Source: a virus. Taken from it: a stretch of 64,000 nt of DNA. Position numbers and translations under genes: made by a program. Below are positions 9,419 to 25,175 of the stretch, one piece after another. Location: positions 86,763 to 150,762 of IMG/VR virus record IMGVR_UViG_3300042453_005121; one strand, 5' to 3'. The notes under the pieces were generated by a model. It was not told the DNA's origin. It worked only from the letters and a program-made list of their open reading frames with translations, and ran no database searches. How positions within the stretch are numbered: position 1 is the stretch's first letter; each line of letters opens with the position of its first letter.

Positions 9419-11866
9419 ATGAAGGAAACCGTTCTCCGAATACAGAATTGCTATTCTTGGCTTTATTGCGATAAGTCAGATGTTTTGAGCGTACTTCACG
9501 AGAACATGCGGTTCAGAGAGAGGGGCTACTTCCACAGCCGTCTCTACAAACAGAAGCTCTGGGACGGGTACACCGAGTTCTTCAGCAAAAAGACGGGAAG
9601 GTTCCTCACCGGCCTGCTGCCTGAAGTGAAGGCAGCACTCACTCACATAGGCGAGGAGTACAGGATTCTTGATGAGCGGGGCGAATTTGATTTCAAATTC
9701 AATGAAATTGACGAGGATTTCCTCGGCAATGGCATAAAACTATACGATTACCAGGTTGACTTGACAAATGCGCTGATAAAGCACAAGAGGGGCGTCATAT
9801 GTGCGCCCACTGCGGCCGGTAAAGCACAGCCGCTTGATTCTCTGGTGGCGACTCCGGATGGATTTGTCCGTATGGGGGACATAAAAGCAGGCGACTTTGT
9901 ATTGACTCCCAAAGGCAAGAAGACCAAAGTTTTGGGAGTTTTTCCCCAAGGATTGAAGAAAGTTTACAAAATGCAATTCTCCAACGGAGACAGCGTGGAA
10001 TGCTGTGGTGAGCATCTCTGGAAGGTGAATGCCACATATGATCAGTGGATGGGCAAGGTATTAAATACCAACGAGATACGGAGAAGGGTCAAATGTCCGA
10101 ACGGAGCAAACAGATACAACATTGAGACGCCAAAAAACATCAGCTTCAGAAAAAGAAAAGTCACATTAGATCCTTATTTCATGGGTCTTCTCCTTGGAGA
10201 TGGTTCATTTAGGTGTCCGGGGGCGGTCACGATATCAAGTTCCGATGAAGAAATCATAGAATATGTGTCCTCATCTTTGTCGGACGGATACAGTCTGTTT
10301 TCGTGTGGCAAATTTGACTACAGAATTTCTTGTGGAAGAAGGGGCAAAGGAACTCCCAAGAACCCCTATGTGGAGTCCATAAAGAAAATGAGACTTTATG
10401 GACTCCACTCATGGAACAAATTCATACCCAAGGAGTACATGATCAATGATTTCAATACAAGACTTGCTGTGCTTCAAGGACTAATGGACACGGATGGTTA
10501 TATTGATAAAAAAGGCGGAATTTCATTTGTCAGTACTTCAAAGAAATTGACCGATGACTTGGCTTGGATTGTAAGAAGTCTTGGGGGAATTCCATATGTG
10601 TCAAAGACAATAAAGAGCTACACGTATAAGTCTGTGAAAAAACAAGGGAGGCTTGCGTTTTTGGTGAACTTCTCTTTGCCTGAGGGGATTTGTCCATTTA
10701 GACTTTCTCGCAAAAAAAACAGATTCAAGACAAAAAGAAGGCAACTCAAGAATAGAACCATCTGCGGCGTCAAATATGTCGGCAAGAAAGAATGCCAATG
10801 CATATTGGTAGAGGATGAGGATCACCTCTATATCACCGACAACTTTGTGGTTACCCACAACACCAACATAATGGTCTCCATTCTCAAGGCCTTGCCTAGC
10901 GGATGCCCAACGCTCGTGCTTGCCAACAAGAAGAGCCTTGTGGAGCAGAACTACGAGGAGATCGTCAAGTGGGGGTTTCAGAATGTAGGAAGGCTCTATG
11001 GCAAATATAAGGATCCCGGCGTCATAACCTGTGCCACTGTTCAGTCGCTACACAAGATGGAACCTCTCCTTGACAAGGTCAAGGTTCTGGTTGTCGATGA
11101 GATACACGAGAACATGAGCAAGGAGCCCAAGAAGTACTTCAACAAGATGAAGAGTTGCTCGGTCAGGGCAGCCGTGAGCGCTACTCCCTTCAAGTTCGGC
11201 GGAAAAGACCTATGCCAAAAGTGGCTCGTGAAGGGCTACTTCGGACCCTCCCTCAAGTCCAAGAGTGCCGGAGGGGTTCTCACGACAAGCCATCTGCAGG
11301 AACGGGGGATGCTCTCAAAGAGCAGGTGCATTTTCTACCCGGTGAGGGAGCCGGATCTCAAATATGAGATATACATGGATGCGGTGACGCGTGGAATAGC
11401 CGAGAACTGGCATTTCCACGAGATGATTAAGAACCTCGTCTCAAGGCTTGAGGGAAGGACGCTGATCCTTGTGGAGAGGATAGCCCAGGGGGACTCGCTT
11501 GCCTCTTTGATTCCGGGATCATTGTGGGTCCAAGGCAAAGACGACCTAGAGACAAGGAAAATGGTAATAGACAAGCTCAAGACCTCTAAAGAGCGGGTGG
11601 TTTCTATAGGAACACAGCAAATTTTCACGGCAGGAATCAATGTGATGACTCACAATGTCATAAACGCTGCTGGCGGTCAAGCCGACCACCACATCATACA
11701 GAGAGTGGGAAGAGGATTGAGAACGGCCGACGACAAGGACATCCTGAATTACTACGACTTCGTGTTTCATAATAACGACTATCTTCTGGAGCACAGCAAG
11801 AAAAGGATCAAAATACTAAAGAAAGAAGGGCATGAAATAATAATAAAAGACGATATTGACTTCTAG
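9419..11866 (+). CDS. SF2 DNA helicase (UvsW-like) containing an intein
   Basis: LYDYQ, PTAAGK|T Walker A split by the intein, DEIH, SAT, QRVGRGLR. Confidence 0.88.
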   Translation: MKETVLRIQNCYSWLYCDKSDVLSVLHENMRFRERGYFHSRLYKQKLWDGYTEFFSKKTGRFLTGLLPEVKAALTHIGEEYRILDERGEFDFKFNEIDEDFLGNGIKLYDYQVDLTNALIKHKRGVICAPTAAGKAQPLDSLVATPDGFVRMGDIKAGDFVLTPKGKKTKVLGVFPQGLKKVYKMQFSNGDSVECCGEHLWKVNATYDQWMGKVLNTNEIRRRVKCPNGANRYNIETPKNISFRKRKVTLDPYFMGLLLGDGSFRCPGAVTISSSDEEIIEYVSSSLSDGYSLFSCGKFDYRISCGRRGKGTPKNPYVESIKKMRLYGLHSWNKFIPKEYMINDFNTRLAVLQGLMDTDGYIDKKGGISFVSTSKKLTDDLAWIVRSLGGIPYVSKTIKSYTYKSVKKQGRLAFLVNFSLPEGICPFRLSRKKNRFKTKRRQLKNRTICGVKYVGKKECQCILVEDEDHLYITDNFVVTHNTNIMVSILKALPSGCPTLVLANKKSLVEQNYEEIVKWGFQNVGRLYGKYKDPGVITCATVQSLHKMEPLLDKVKVLVVDEIHENMSKEPKKYFNKMKSCSVRAAVSATPFKFGGKDLCQKWLVKGYFGPSLKSKSAGGVLTTSHLQERGMLSKSRCIFYPVREPDLKYEIYMDAVTRGIAENWHFHEMIKNLVSRLEGRTLILVERIAQGDSLASLIPGSLWVQGKDDLETRKMVIDKLKTSKERVVSIGTQQIFTAGINVMTHNVINAAGGQADHHIIQRVGRGLRTADDKDILNYYDFVFHNNDYLLEHSKKRIKILKKEGHEIIIKDDIDF
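9824..10861 (+). mobile_element. Intein (346 aa) with LAGLIDADG homing endonuclease, class-3 signature
   Basis: Starts AQPLDS and ends VVTHN|T. LAGLIDADG motifs MGLLLGDG and LQGLMDTDG. W in block B (HLW), C in block F (CQCI), T in block G. Confidence 0.9.
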
Positions 11867-12132
11867 TTGTCTCCTATATCTTTTATCAGTTCGGAAATCT
11901 TTATTCCGTCGCTTATTTTTTTGACTATTGATCCGTAACTTCCCATGCCGTCATTGGTTTTTTTCACCACGCCGAGGTTCTTCAGATTCTTGATTATATC
12001 CGGTCCGAAATCCTTTGTGTTTTTGCCGAGTAGGTAGTTTCTCTCATCAGACGTAAGTTCACCTCCGGAGTTCAGTACTCCTAGGATGGCGTCGGAAACC
12101 TCTTTTCTTTCCATCCATGTCAAAAAACGCAT
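11863..12132 (-). CDS. Hypothetical protein with capsid-targeting-like N-terminus
   Basis: Starts MRFLTWMERKE. GGAGG SD. Confidence 0.6.
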   Translation of the reverse strand: MRFLTWMERKEVSDAILGVLNSGGELTSDERNYLLGKNTKDFGPDIIKNLKNLGVVKKTNDGMGSYGSIVKKISDGIKISELIKDIGDN

Positions 12133-12149
12133 GAAACATGACCTCCAGA

Positions 12150-12160
12150 ACTATATATCC
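12150..12160. promoter_or_regulatory. Putative bidirectional late promoter (CTATATAT)
   Basis: TATATA core between two divergent genes that both carry the tag motif. Confidence 0.45.
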
Positions 12161-12163
12161 ATC

Positions 12164-12964
12164 ATGGGAACTTTCAAAGAATGGCTTATAAACGAGAAGT
12201 CCGACATCTTCGGATTTGAAAAACCTAGAGGGAAACAAACGCCCGAAGACTCGTATGACGGGCCAATAATACCCATAAAGCCAGAAATTTTGATAGAGAC
12301 CATGATGAAAGAGACCCTGCGGGGCCAAGAGCCGTTCTCGGCCTTTGCTGATCAAATTCAATGGGGAAGAACTACAGGAGCCATGAGGATGGTCATAAGT
12401 CCTCTTGGGTCGTTCAAGAGCATAATAAGAAAGATGCAACTTGATTTGGAAGGAAAAGAAACATGGGTTTGCAAGTCAATAATTCCCTACAAAGATTTGA
12501 TGCACGCCAACAAGAAGTTTGACGAGAACTTCGCCATGGACCTTTTTGAAAAGATTGAACAGATAGGATCACTTCAAATAGACACTCCCCAAGCCGAATA
12601 CAAGGGACTCAGGAATTTGACTGTATCTTTGGCCTCGCGCTGTAGGAGAAAAGACATCATGCCGGAGATATTCATATTCTCTGGAGTCAAGGAGATCAAA
12701 AAGGACGAGAATTATCTTATTGAGTTTGATTTGCGAGGACAGGGAGTTGAAGCCCCCGGATCGGCAAGAGTAGAGCGTTTCGTCATAGACATGAGCTACA
12801 ATCCCAAGACCGGAATGATCAAGAGTTTCGGACATGACATACAGTCCCCCACGAGGGGTCACGTTTGGTATCCTCAGCCTTCGGAGTGGGAAGAACTTTT
12901 CTCTAATGGACAAGATGCCAAGGAAATAGTAGAGACAATAGGAGCGGCATTGAGCACGTATTGA
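12164..12964 (+). CDS. Hypothetical protein with capsid-targeting-like N-terminus
   Basis: Start reassigned to MGTFKEWLINE, 6 nt after CTATATA. Confidence 0.7.
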   Translation: MGTFKEWLINEKSDIFGFEKPRGKQTPEDSYDGPIIPIKPEILIETMMKETLRGQEPFSAFADQIQWGRTTGAMRMVISPLGSFKSIIRKMQLDLEGKETWVCKSIIPYKDLMHANKKFDENFAMDLFEKIEQIGSLQIDTPQAEYKGLRNLTVSLASRCRRKDIMPEIFIFSGVKEIKKDENYLIEFDLRGQGVEAPGSARVERFVIDMSYNPKTGMIKSFGHDIQSPTRGHVWYPQPSEWEELFSNGQDAKEIVETIGAALSTY

Positions 12965-13076
12965 ATATGGGATTCAGACAATGGCTTGAAGTGATGGGAT
13001 CGGTCGGAGCAATAGTATCTTGCAAGGATTTGAAGAATCCTAATTTTCAAATACAAGGGGCACTTTCAAATCTTGG

Positions 13077-13649
13077 GTGCGTGAAGAAAGAAAAGACGGC
13101 GAAGATGCGATTCGGAGGAAAGAAGTGAAAAAAGACACGTCCAACCAAACGAACTTAAAAAATGCTATAGTGGACATAGCAAAAAGCCTAGAGTCTGTAT
13201 TCAAGAAGTACAGCAGACAAACTCGATCCAAGGCGTGGGAAAAAGTTACAGGAAAAGATGGAGAGAAGGAGATGAAGAAGATAATCAATGATCCATCAAG
13301 GCCGATAAATACATTCCAAAAATTGGCCACCCAAAAGGAGTCAAGCCAAATCGGAATCAAGGTGTGGTTGGACGACGTTCGTCCCGTTCCGGAAGGATTT
13401 GATTTGTGGGTTAAAAATTCCAAAGAGGCAATTGAAGCTTTGAAAAAAGGAGGAGTTTCTTTGATATCCTTGGATCACGATCTCGGAGAAGAGTCCGGTA
13501 CGGGCTATGACGTGGCCAAGTTCATAGAAGAGATGGCTTTCAGAGGCGATATGAGTCCTATGGAAATAAGGGTTCATTCTGCAAACCCGGTCGGAGCAAT
13601 GAATATGATGAGATGCGTGAAAAACGCCAGAAAGTTCTGGGCTGTTTAG
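13077..13649 (+). CDS. Protein with C-terminal cyclic-phosphate-processing receiver-like domain
   Basis: VWLDDVRP, ISLDHDLG, TGYDVAKF, VHSANPVG. The in-frame sequence upstream of the GTG reads (AGG)GTFKSWVREE. Confidence 0.7.
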   Translation: MREERKDGEDAIRRKEVKKDTSNQTNLKNAIVDIAKSLESVFKKYSRQTRSKAWEKVTGKDGEKEMKKIINDPSRPINTFQKLATQKESSQIGIKVWLDDVRPVPEGFDLWVKNSKEAIEALKKGGVSLISLDHDLGEESGTGYDVAKFIEEMAFRGDMSPMEIRVHSANPVGAMNMMRCVKNARKFWAV

Positions 13650-14905
13650 ATTTCAACCAGACCGGGAAATCTCTGGCCGTTTTCGTCCTTCAGCGCCACA
13701 AGGTAGGCATAGACGACTGGGATGTTATTGTCCTTCCACCATTTGCTCGGATATCCCGTCTCCAGCCTGTAGTTCTGGAATCTTGTCTTGGTGTTTCTGA
13801 TGTATCTCGCTTGATTGCGTCGGGTGTAGTACCAGAAACTGTTTTGGTTCCAGAATGAAACATGGGTGGGGTCTTGAAAAGCTCCCCTTCCGTCGGTGGA
13901 AGGAACTTCTATGAATGCCCATCCGCCATGAGCAAGAACCCTGTGGATTTCGCTCATGGTTCGAATTGGATCCTTGAGATGCTCTATTACGTGGCTGGCG
14001 TTGACCACATAGCAGGAATTGTCTTCCATGGGTATGCCCTCGTTAAGATCGCACTTTATTTCTCCGTCCTGTTGATCTATGGTCGTGTATCCAGGTCTTC
14101 CGTCTATGCCGCCCCCTATGTCTATCATTTTCAATCCTTTGATCTGGGCGTCTCTCTCGGCGAGTTTCTGTGCCCATTTGTTCCGCATCTGCAGGGTGTT
14201 TTTTTGTATTTCGGCGCTTCTTTCCAACCATGTATTTTTGCCGTATATCCTGTAGACGTACAGAGGCTCATTCACATGCAGAAATTTGGTTTCCAAGTAG
14301 GTTTTAATCATTAGGTCCTGATCATCTAGGACATGGAGATTTGGATCATGACCTCCTATTTTTTTGTAAATTGATTTTCTCCAAGACCTGACGTGGTCGG
14401 GAGAATACCATATGAATGACAATGAATGACTTGTGGGTTGAAACGATCTTGGCACCCACAATTCTTTTTCTCTGAACTTGAATTTATAATGTTTCCAACC
14501 ATTGTCTGAGGAATACGGGATGAATTTATCTTCGTGGTGAAATTTTGCATTGTCGGAGAATACGAATCCGACATCATTGTTCTTTTCATATTTCTCACTC
14601 AATACTTGGAGACAATTCTCCAGAAGTATGTCGTCATGGTCCACCTCAACAAGCACGTCCCCGACGCCTAATGAAAATGCCTTGTTCTTGTGGTAGCCCA
14701 CATTTTCATTTTTTGAATTGTCGGTGTATATTTTTACTCTTTCGTCATACTTTAAAAAAGAAAGGTGGTCCAACGAAGCAGACCCATTGATCCATATAAC
14801 CCACTCCCAATTGCTATAAGTTTGATTTTTTATTGAATCATACAATTCAATTATATAGTCGGTGTTCTTGTGTGTGGGGGTTATTAGTGAAAATTTTATA
14901 CTCAC
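13646..14905 (-). CDS. GT2 glycosyltransferase fused to a SAM-methyltransferase domain
   Basis: SLITPT...VDHDD in the GT2 part. DIGGG, ASHVIEH, EIHRVL..GG and DPTH in the MTase part. Confidence 0.85.
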   Translation of the reverse strand: MSIKFSLITPTHKNTDYIIELYDSIKNQTYSNWEWVIWINGSASLDHLSFLKYDERVKIYTDNSKNENVGYHKNKAFSLGVGDVLVEVDHDDILLENCLQVLSEKYEKNNDVGFVFSDNAKFHHEDKFIPYSSDNGWKHYKFKFREKELWVPRSFQPTSHSLSFIWYSPDHVRSWRKSIYKKIGGHDPNLHVLDDQDLMIKTYLETKFLHVNEPLYVYRIYGKNTWLERSAEIQKNTLQMRNKWAQKLAERDAQIKGLKMIDIGGGIDGRPGYTTIDQQDGEIKCDLNEGIPMEDNSCYVVNASHVIEHLKDPIRTMSEIHRVLAHGGWAFIEVPSTDGRGAFQDPTHVSFWNQNSFWYYTRRNQARYIRNTKTRFQNYRLETGYPSKWWKDNNIPVVYAYLVALKDENGQRFPGLVEI

Positions 14906-14958
14906 ATAAACATTATAGCATAGACAAAATCATTTGTGAACCATGTATTCAAAGTACT

Positions 14959-16998
14959 TCAATCGGATATTACGGTTATGGTTTCGTAAGTCACCATTAA
15001 TTGTCCACCTTGACAAGAAACATCGGTAACCACCTGTATTGTTGTGGTGTTTCCAGGTGGTCCTTGATCACCTTGTATGCCCTGTGCTCCATCGCCCTGA
15101 TGGCCTTGGTCGCCCTGATGGCCTTGGTCGCCCTGATGGCCTTGGTCGCCCTGATGGCCTTGGTCGCCTTGATCGCCTTGATGGCCTTGATCGCCTTGGT
15201 CGCCTTGATGTCCTTGGTCTCCACTTGAACCTTGGTCTCCACTTGAACCTTGGTCGCCTTGATGGCCTTGGTCGCCTTGATGGCCTTGGTCGCCTTGATG
15301 TCCTTGGTCGCCTTGATGTCCTTGGTCGCCTTGATGGCCTTGGTCGCCTTGATGGCCTTGGTCGCCTTGATGTCCTTGGTCGCCTTGATGTCCTTGGTCG
15401 CCTTGATGTCCTTGGTCGCCTTGATGGCCTTGGTCGCCTTGATGGCCTTGGTCGCCTTGATGGCCTTGGTCGCCCTGATATCCTGTTCCTTGGTCTCCCT
15501 GTGGACCCTCCGATCCTTGTGGGCCTAATTGGCCTTCAATCCCAGGAATGCCTTGATGCCCTTGTTCACCCTTATATCCTTGGTCACCTTGTGATCCTTG
15601 ATCACCTTGTGAGCCTTGATCACCCTGTGAACCTTGGTCTCCACTTGAACCTTGTTCGCCTTGTGAACCTTGTTCGCCTTGTGGACCTTGCTCGCCTTGT
15701 GAACCTTGAGCTCCGTCTGGTGGTCCTTGGGGACCTATATCGCCTTGGTCACCTTGATGTCCTTGGTCACCTTGATGGCCTTGATCTCCCTGATAGCCTT
15801 GATCTCCCTGATAGCCTTGATCTCCCTGATGGCCTTGATCGCCTTGGTCACCTTGTGAGCCTTGGTCACCTTGTGAGCCTTGGTCACCTTGTGAGCCTTG
15901 GTCACCTTGTGAACCTTGGTCACCTTGCGAACCTTGAGCTCCGTCTGGTGGTCCTTGGGGACCTATATCACCTTGATGTCCTTGGTCACCCTGTGAACCT
16001 TGGTCACCCTGTGAACCTTGGTCACCCTGTGAACCTTGGTCACCCTGTGAACCTTGGTCACCCTGTGAACCTTGGTCACCTTGTGAACCTTGGTCACCTT
16101 GTGAACCTTGGTCACCTTGTGAACCTTGGTCACCTTGTGAACCTTGGTCACCTTGTGAACCTTGGTCACCTTGTGAACCTTGGTCACCTTGTGAACCTTG
16201 GTCACCCTGATGTCCTTGGTCACCCTGATGTCCTTGATCGCCCTGATGTCCTTGATCGCCCTGATGTCCTTGGTCACCCTGTGAACCTTGGTCACCCTGT
16301 GAACCTTGGTCACCCTGTGAACCTTGGTCACCCTGTGAACCTTGGTCACCCTGATGTCCTTGGTCACCCTGATGTCCTTGGTCACCCTGATGTCCTTGAT
16401 CGCCCTGATGTCCTTGATCGCCCTGATGTCCTTGGTCGCCCTGATGTCCTTGATCGCCCTGATGTCCTTGGTCACCTTGATGTCCTTGATCGCCCTGATA
16501 TCCTTGATCGCCCTGATATCCTTGATCGCCCTGATATCCTTGGTCACCCTGATGTCCTTGATCGCCCTGATGTCCTTGATCGCCCTGATGTCCTTGATCG
16601 CCCTGATATCCTTGATCGCCCTGATATCCTTGGTCACCTTGATATCCTTGATCGCCCTGATATCCTTGGTCACCTTGATGTCCTTGGTCGCCTTGATGGC
16701 CTGCTCCCTGATATCCTTGGTCACCTTGATGTCCTTGGTCACCTTGATGTCCTTGGTCACCTTGATGTCCTTGGTCACCTTGATGTCCTTGGTCACCCTG
16801 TGAACCTTGGTCACCCTGTGAACCTTGGTCACCCTGTGAACCTTGGTCGCCCTGATGTCCTTGGTCGCCCTGATGTCCTTGGTCGCCCTGATGTCCTTGG
16901 TCGCCCTGATGTCCTTGATGGCCCTGATGGCCCTGATGTCCTTGAGGGGCTGGGGGTAATAATTCAATTATTTCGGTTACCGTAACGCAGTTAGCCAT
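14959..16998 (-). CDS. Collagen-like (Gly-X-Gln) protein, probable fibre/virion component
   Basis: About 200 Gly-X-Y triplets ([12 protein letters not shown]) with short non-repetitive ends. CTAGATA and AAGGA upstream. Confidence 0.85.
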   Translation of the reverse strand: MANCVTVTEIIELLPPAPQGHQGHQGHQGHQGDQGHQGDQGHQGDQGHQGDQGSQGDQGSQGDQGSQGDQGHQGDQGHQGDQGHQGDQGHQGDQGYQGAGHQGDQGHQGDQGYQGDQGYQGDQGYQGDQGYQGDQGHQGDQGHQGDQGHQGDQGYQGDQGYQGDQGYQGDQGHQGDQGHQGDQGHQGDQGHQGDQGHQGDQGHQGDQGHQGDQGHQGDQGSQGDQGSQGDQGSQGDQGSQGDQGHQGDQGHQGDQGHQGDQGHQGDQGSQGDQGSQGDQGSQGDQGSQGDQGSQGDQGSQGDQGSQGDQGSQGDQGSQGDQGSQGDQGSQGDQGSQGDQGHQGDIGPQGPPDGAQGSQGDQGSQGDQGSQGDQGSQGDQGSQGDQGDQGHQGDQGYQGDQGYQGDQGHQGDQGHQGDQGDIGPQGPPDGAQGSQGEQGPQGEQGSQGEQGSSGDQGSQGDQGSQGDQGSQGDQGYKGEQGHQGIPGIEGQLGPQGSEGPQGDQGTGYQGDQGHQGDQGHQGDQGHQGDQGHQGDQGHQGDQGHQGDQGHQGDQGHQGDQGHQGDQGHQGDQGHQGDQGHQGDQGSSGDQGSSGDQGHQGDQGDQGHQGDQGDQGHQGDQGHQGDQGHQGDQGHQGDGAQGIQGDQGPPGNTTTIQVVTDVSCQGGQLMVTYETITVISD
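15060..16945 (-). repeat. Degenerate 18-bp/9-bp tandem repeat array encoding collagen triplets
   Basis: Units such as CCTTGGTCACCTTGATGT and CCTTGGTCACCCTGTGAA are repeated throughout. Confidence 0.95.
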
Positions 16999-17015
16999 AT
17001 GATTCCTTATCTAGT

Positions 17016-22048
<5,033 letters not shown>

Positions 22049-22052
<4 letters not shown>

Positions 22053-23257
22053 TTTTCAACTACGAATCTGAATTTGAAAGGAAATTTTCTGTCAAGGAAT
22101 TGCTTGTCCACATCCCTTAGGGGCGAATAAGAAACAATTTCTACAAATTCGGCTGAACACCTGACCTGCTTTATGTTGCTGATTCTCAGGTGGTCTAAAG
22201 CCTCCTTGACGTCCAGTATCGATCTTCCTTTCAAGGAAAAAGGCCTGTTCTCAAGAAATTCAAATTCTCTGTACAATCGTCCGCATTCGCACCTCTGATA
22301 TGTATCTGTAATTCGGCAAAAATCTCCATTCCAGTATCTGACAAATGGGCTGGGAAGATTGAAATAATCGGTGGAAACTAATTTTTCCTCCACATCCTCG
22401 CACCACGACAAGTTGTCCATGAGATGGTAGTTTCTGTGTCTGCAGGTGAAGAAAGAAGCCCCACCATCCCAGCAGCGCATGTGATCGCAGATGTCATCTA
22501 CATGACCTTCAAAAAGGAAGGCGGCATCTTCCGACATTATTTTTTCATTGCTATTACTTAGAAGATGACAAACTTTTGATTTGAATTTTTGCTCTCTAAT
22601 GTAATGACACATTGAATTTATTGAAGGACCAGGAGAAAATATCACGTCAATTTCATTTTTTAATACGTGATCAAAAAATCCATTGAAAAATTCCTTTTTT
22701 TGATCTTGGAACATTTTGAAATTCACATAATGGGTTGTTGCCTTTCTTTTAATTCCATGGTGTTCCATGAAGTTATCTGAATCAGACCTGACAGTTATGG
22801 CTTTGTCTTTTTCATATCTTGATGTGTTGAAAAAATACAAAACATTGGGATTTTCTTTTATTTCAAACTCATCCATTATGAGATCGTAATGGTTGGTGGC
22901 CTCTATAAAATAAAGAAGAGGATCCCATCTGAGGTACGAGAATGGAAGGCCAGTTGTACTTCCACTTGTCGCCATGGACTGGGATTCGCTCAATACGGAA
23001 TTAACGTACCACGATGATTTGTCTGTAAGGTCTGACTTAGACTTGATCTCAGAAAAATTCTTGTAGATGGGACTGTTCTGCATTGCCCATAGTTGTATGT
23101 TTTTTCTGAGTATTGAAGTTACTTCTCTGACGATCTCTTCGTCCTCATAGAGAAGTCCTAAGCAAAATGGCTTGTATTCGTGTATAACCTGTTTGTTCGG
23201 GACGTCCGAAGACCTCCACTTTAGCACAAAATTCTTCAGGTCCTGTGTATTCCGCAT
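22049..23257 (-). CDS. Adenylate-forming enzyme, phenylacetate-CoA ligase/CapK-like
   Basis: TSGSTTG P-loop, LVSTDYFN, PFVRYWNGD, CECGR. Confidence 0.7.
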
Positions 23258-23919
23258 CCTTCTCTTATGTAGAAATTAAGCGTCACCTTTTTGGTGTGGG
23301 CCCATTCCACATAATCCCATCTGGAAACCAGGTCCCAGTCATTGCATTTGGTGACTTTTCTCCAACCGCCATACTTGTTGATTAGGTGCCTCTTGTGAAG
23401 TATTTCACTGGTGTCTATGTGGCCTGGTTTTGGAGCATGGGGGTGCATTCTTATTCCGACTATGTTCATTTCGCTGTCGTACAATCTTGTTCCCGTATAC
23501 GCCATGTCGGCGTCGTTTTCCCTAAGAGCTTTGTACAGAGATTCAAGATGATCTGGCTCAAACCAATTGTCGTCGTCCAGATATGCTATAAGATTATGAC
23601 TACTGTTCATTATCGCAAAGTTTCTCGGACCCCATCCCGCCGCTCCGCAGTTGACCGGAAGGTTATGAAAATTAAACCTCTTGTCTTCTATTTCCACTTC
23701 CTTGCAATACTTTATAGTCTCCGTACATGAGTAACACTCCTTGCACGTGTTTTTGTCAAATGCGTGGCGACAACCATCCTTGACTACCATACACTCAAAA
23801 TTTTCATAGGTTTGATTTCTGAGTGATTCTACGGCTCTTTCCACCCATTTTATTTTGGAGTGATATGTCGGAAGACAAACCAGTATTTTCTCGTTAGACA
23901 CTCCTTGTCCTATTTTCAT
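23236..23919 (-). CDS. GT2 glycosyltransferase
   Basis: VCLPTY, RAVESLRNQTY, PRNFA, YLDDD. AAGGAGG SD. Confidence 0.88.
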   Translation of the reverse strand: MKIGQGVSNEKILVCLPTYHSKIKWVERAVESLRNQTYENFECMVVKDGCRHAFDKNTCKECYSCTETIKYCKEVEIEDKRFNFHNLPVNCGAAGWGPRNFAIMNSSHNLIAYLDDDNWFEPDHLESLYKALRENDADMAYTGTRLYDSEMNIVGIRMHPHAPKPGHIDTSEILHKRHLINKYGGWRKVTKCNDWDLVSRWDYVEWAHTKKVTLNFYIREGCGIHRT

Positions 23920-24030
23920 CTGCCTCCTTGCGGGTCGCCGTGCGGCGGAACGCGCATTATTATTTATTCACCGAATCGGATAGGAACAAAGTTCCGGGAA
24001 AAAAATAAAACCAAAATCATATATAAATGA

Positions 24031-24795
24031 ATGCGAGCGACATTGATGGCTCTATTTTCAATGTTGATTTTCACATCCTCTTATGCCGGGACAATAGACC
24101 CTTCTACCCCGGATGAAAAGTACAGGATTTACGGAGAAGAGCACGGATGCGTTGTGAGATTGAAGGGCAGATGCTTTTGCAAGAAAGAAAAGGGCAAAGA
24201 GCATGATTTTGTGGCTTCTGCGGTTGTTATCAAGCCGCACTGGGTAATAACGGCGGCTCACGTTGTCAAAGAGACAAAAAATGTTGTCGTTAACGTCGGC
24301 AAAAAGAACTACGAAATAAAGAAAATCATAGTGAAAGATGGGTACGACGAAGATATCATAGGCCTAAATGACATAGCCGTCGCGTATTCGGAAGAAGATT
24401 TCGGATTGGACTTTTATCCCGAACTTTACAGCGAAAAGGATGAAGTCGGCAAGGTTGCGAGTATTTGCGGATATGGTTTGACGGGTACCTTTTCCAGCGG
24501 TGCCGTTAGGTCCGATGACAACAAAAGGGCAGGATCTAACATCGTGGACAGAATAGACAGGAACTGTCTTGTCTGCACTAATATGGGCGGAAAGAAAACT
24601 AAATTGGAATTTCTGATAGCCAGCGGAGATTCGGGCGGAGGTCTGTTTATTGACCAGAAGCTTGCGGGAATAAATTCATTCGTCATGTCTGATGATGAAG
24701 GCCCCAACTCCGACTATGGTGACGAATGCGCTCACACAAGGATATCTCAGTATTTAGATTGGATTCTGGAACAGACCGGCTCAGCAGAAAGATAG
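24031..24795 (+). CDS. Secreted trypsin-like (S1) serine protease
   Basis: Signal-peptide-like N-terminus. Catalytic triad motifs TAAH, NDIA and GDSGG. Confidence 0.88.
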   Translation: MRATLMALFSMLIFTSSYAGTIDPSTPDEKYRIYGEEHGCVVRLKGRCFCKKEKGKEHDFVASAVVIKPHWVITAAHVVKETKNVVVNVGKKNYEIKKIIVKDGYDEDIIGLNDIAVAYSEEDFGLDFYPELYSEKDEVGKVASICGYGLTGTFSSGAVRSDDNKRAGSNIVDRIDRNCLVCTNMGGKKTKLEFLIASGDSGGGLFIDQKLAGINSFVMSDDEGPNSDYGDECAHTRISQYLDWILEQTGSAER

Positions 24796-25175
24796 ATTGA
24801 TTTGGGATTTGATCCAAGTACCATTTTTAAATAAGGACAGGCCCAAACGAGCATTTTTTCAAATTTCAAACCCTCTCCAAATATCTCATAAATCCAACCA
24901 TCCATAAATACTTTAAGCAATTCGGCCCGAGCATCACAACCACGATACCATTCGTATTCGGTCCTTAATTCAAAATCTCCAACAATGCCCTTGGCTTCGG
25001 AACCACGAAGCAGTATTTCATCCACACCAGAAACATCCGGAGGCAAATTCATCCTTGTGATCGGAGATGGAGATAGATCGTAAGTCCATCCATTATAATT
25101 TACATAAAGACGAGAGTCTTTTCTTGTTATTTTTGTGTACTCTGGCCTTGATTTATCTGGATTGAATATACTCAA
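24747..25175 (-). CDS. Hypothetical protein
   Basis: 142-aa ORF translationally coupled to the epimerase. WACP..P..IY tail. Confidence 0.6.
   Translation of the reverse strand: MSIFNPDKSRPEYTKITRKDSRLYVNYNGWTYDLSPSPITRMNLPPDVSGVDEILLRGSEAKGIVGDFELRTEYEWYRGCDARAELLKVFMDGWIYEIFGEGLKFEKMLVWACPYLKMVLGSNPKSIYLSAEPVCSRIQSKY

Noticed and set aside
14997-16985. Long alternative-frame ORFs (648 aa on +, 334 aa on -) and a CRISPR-like look of the repeats
   Set aside because: They are by-products of the 9/18-bp collagen repeat. There are no unique spacers, so this is not a CRISPR array.
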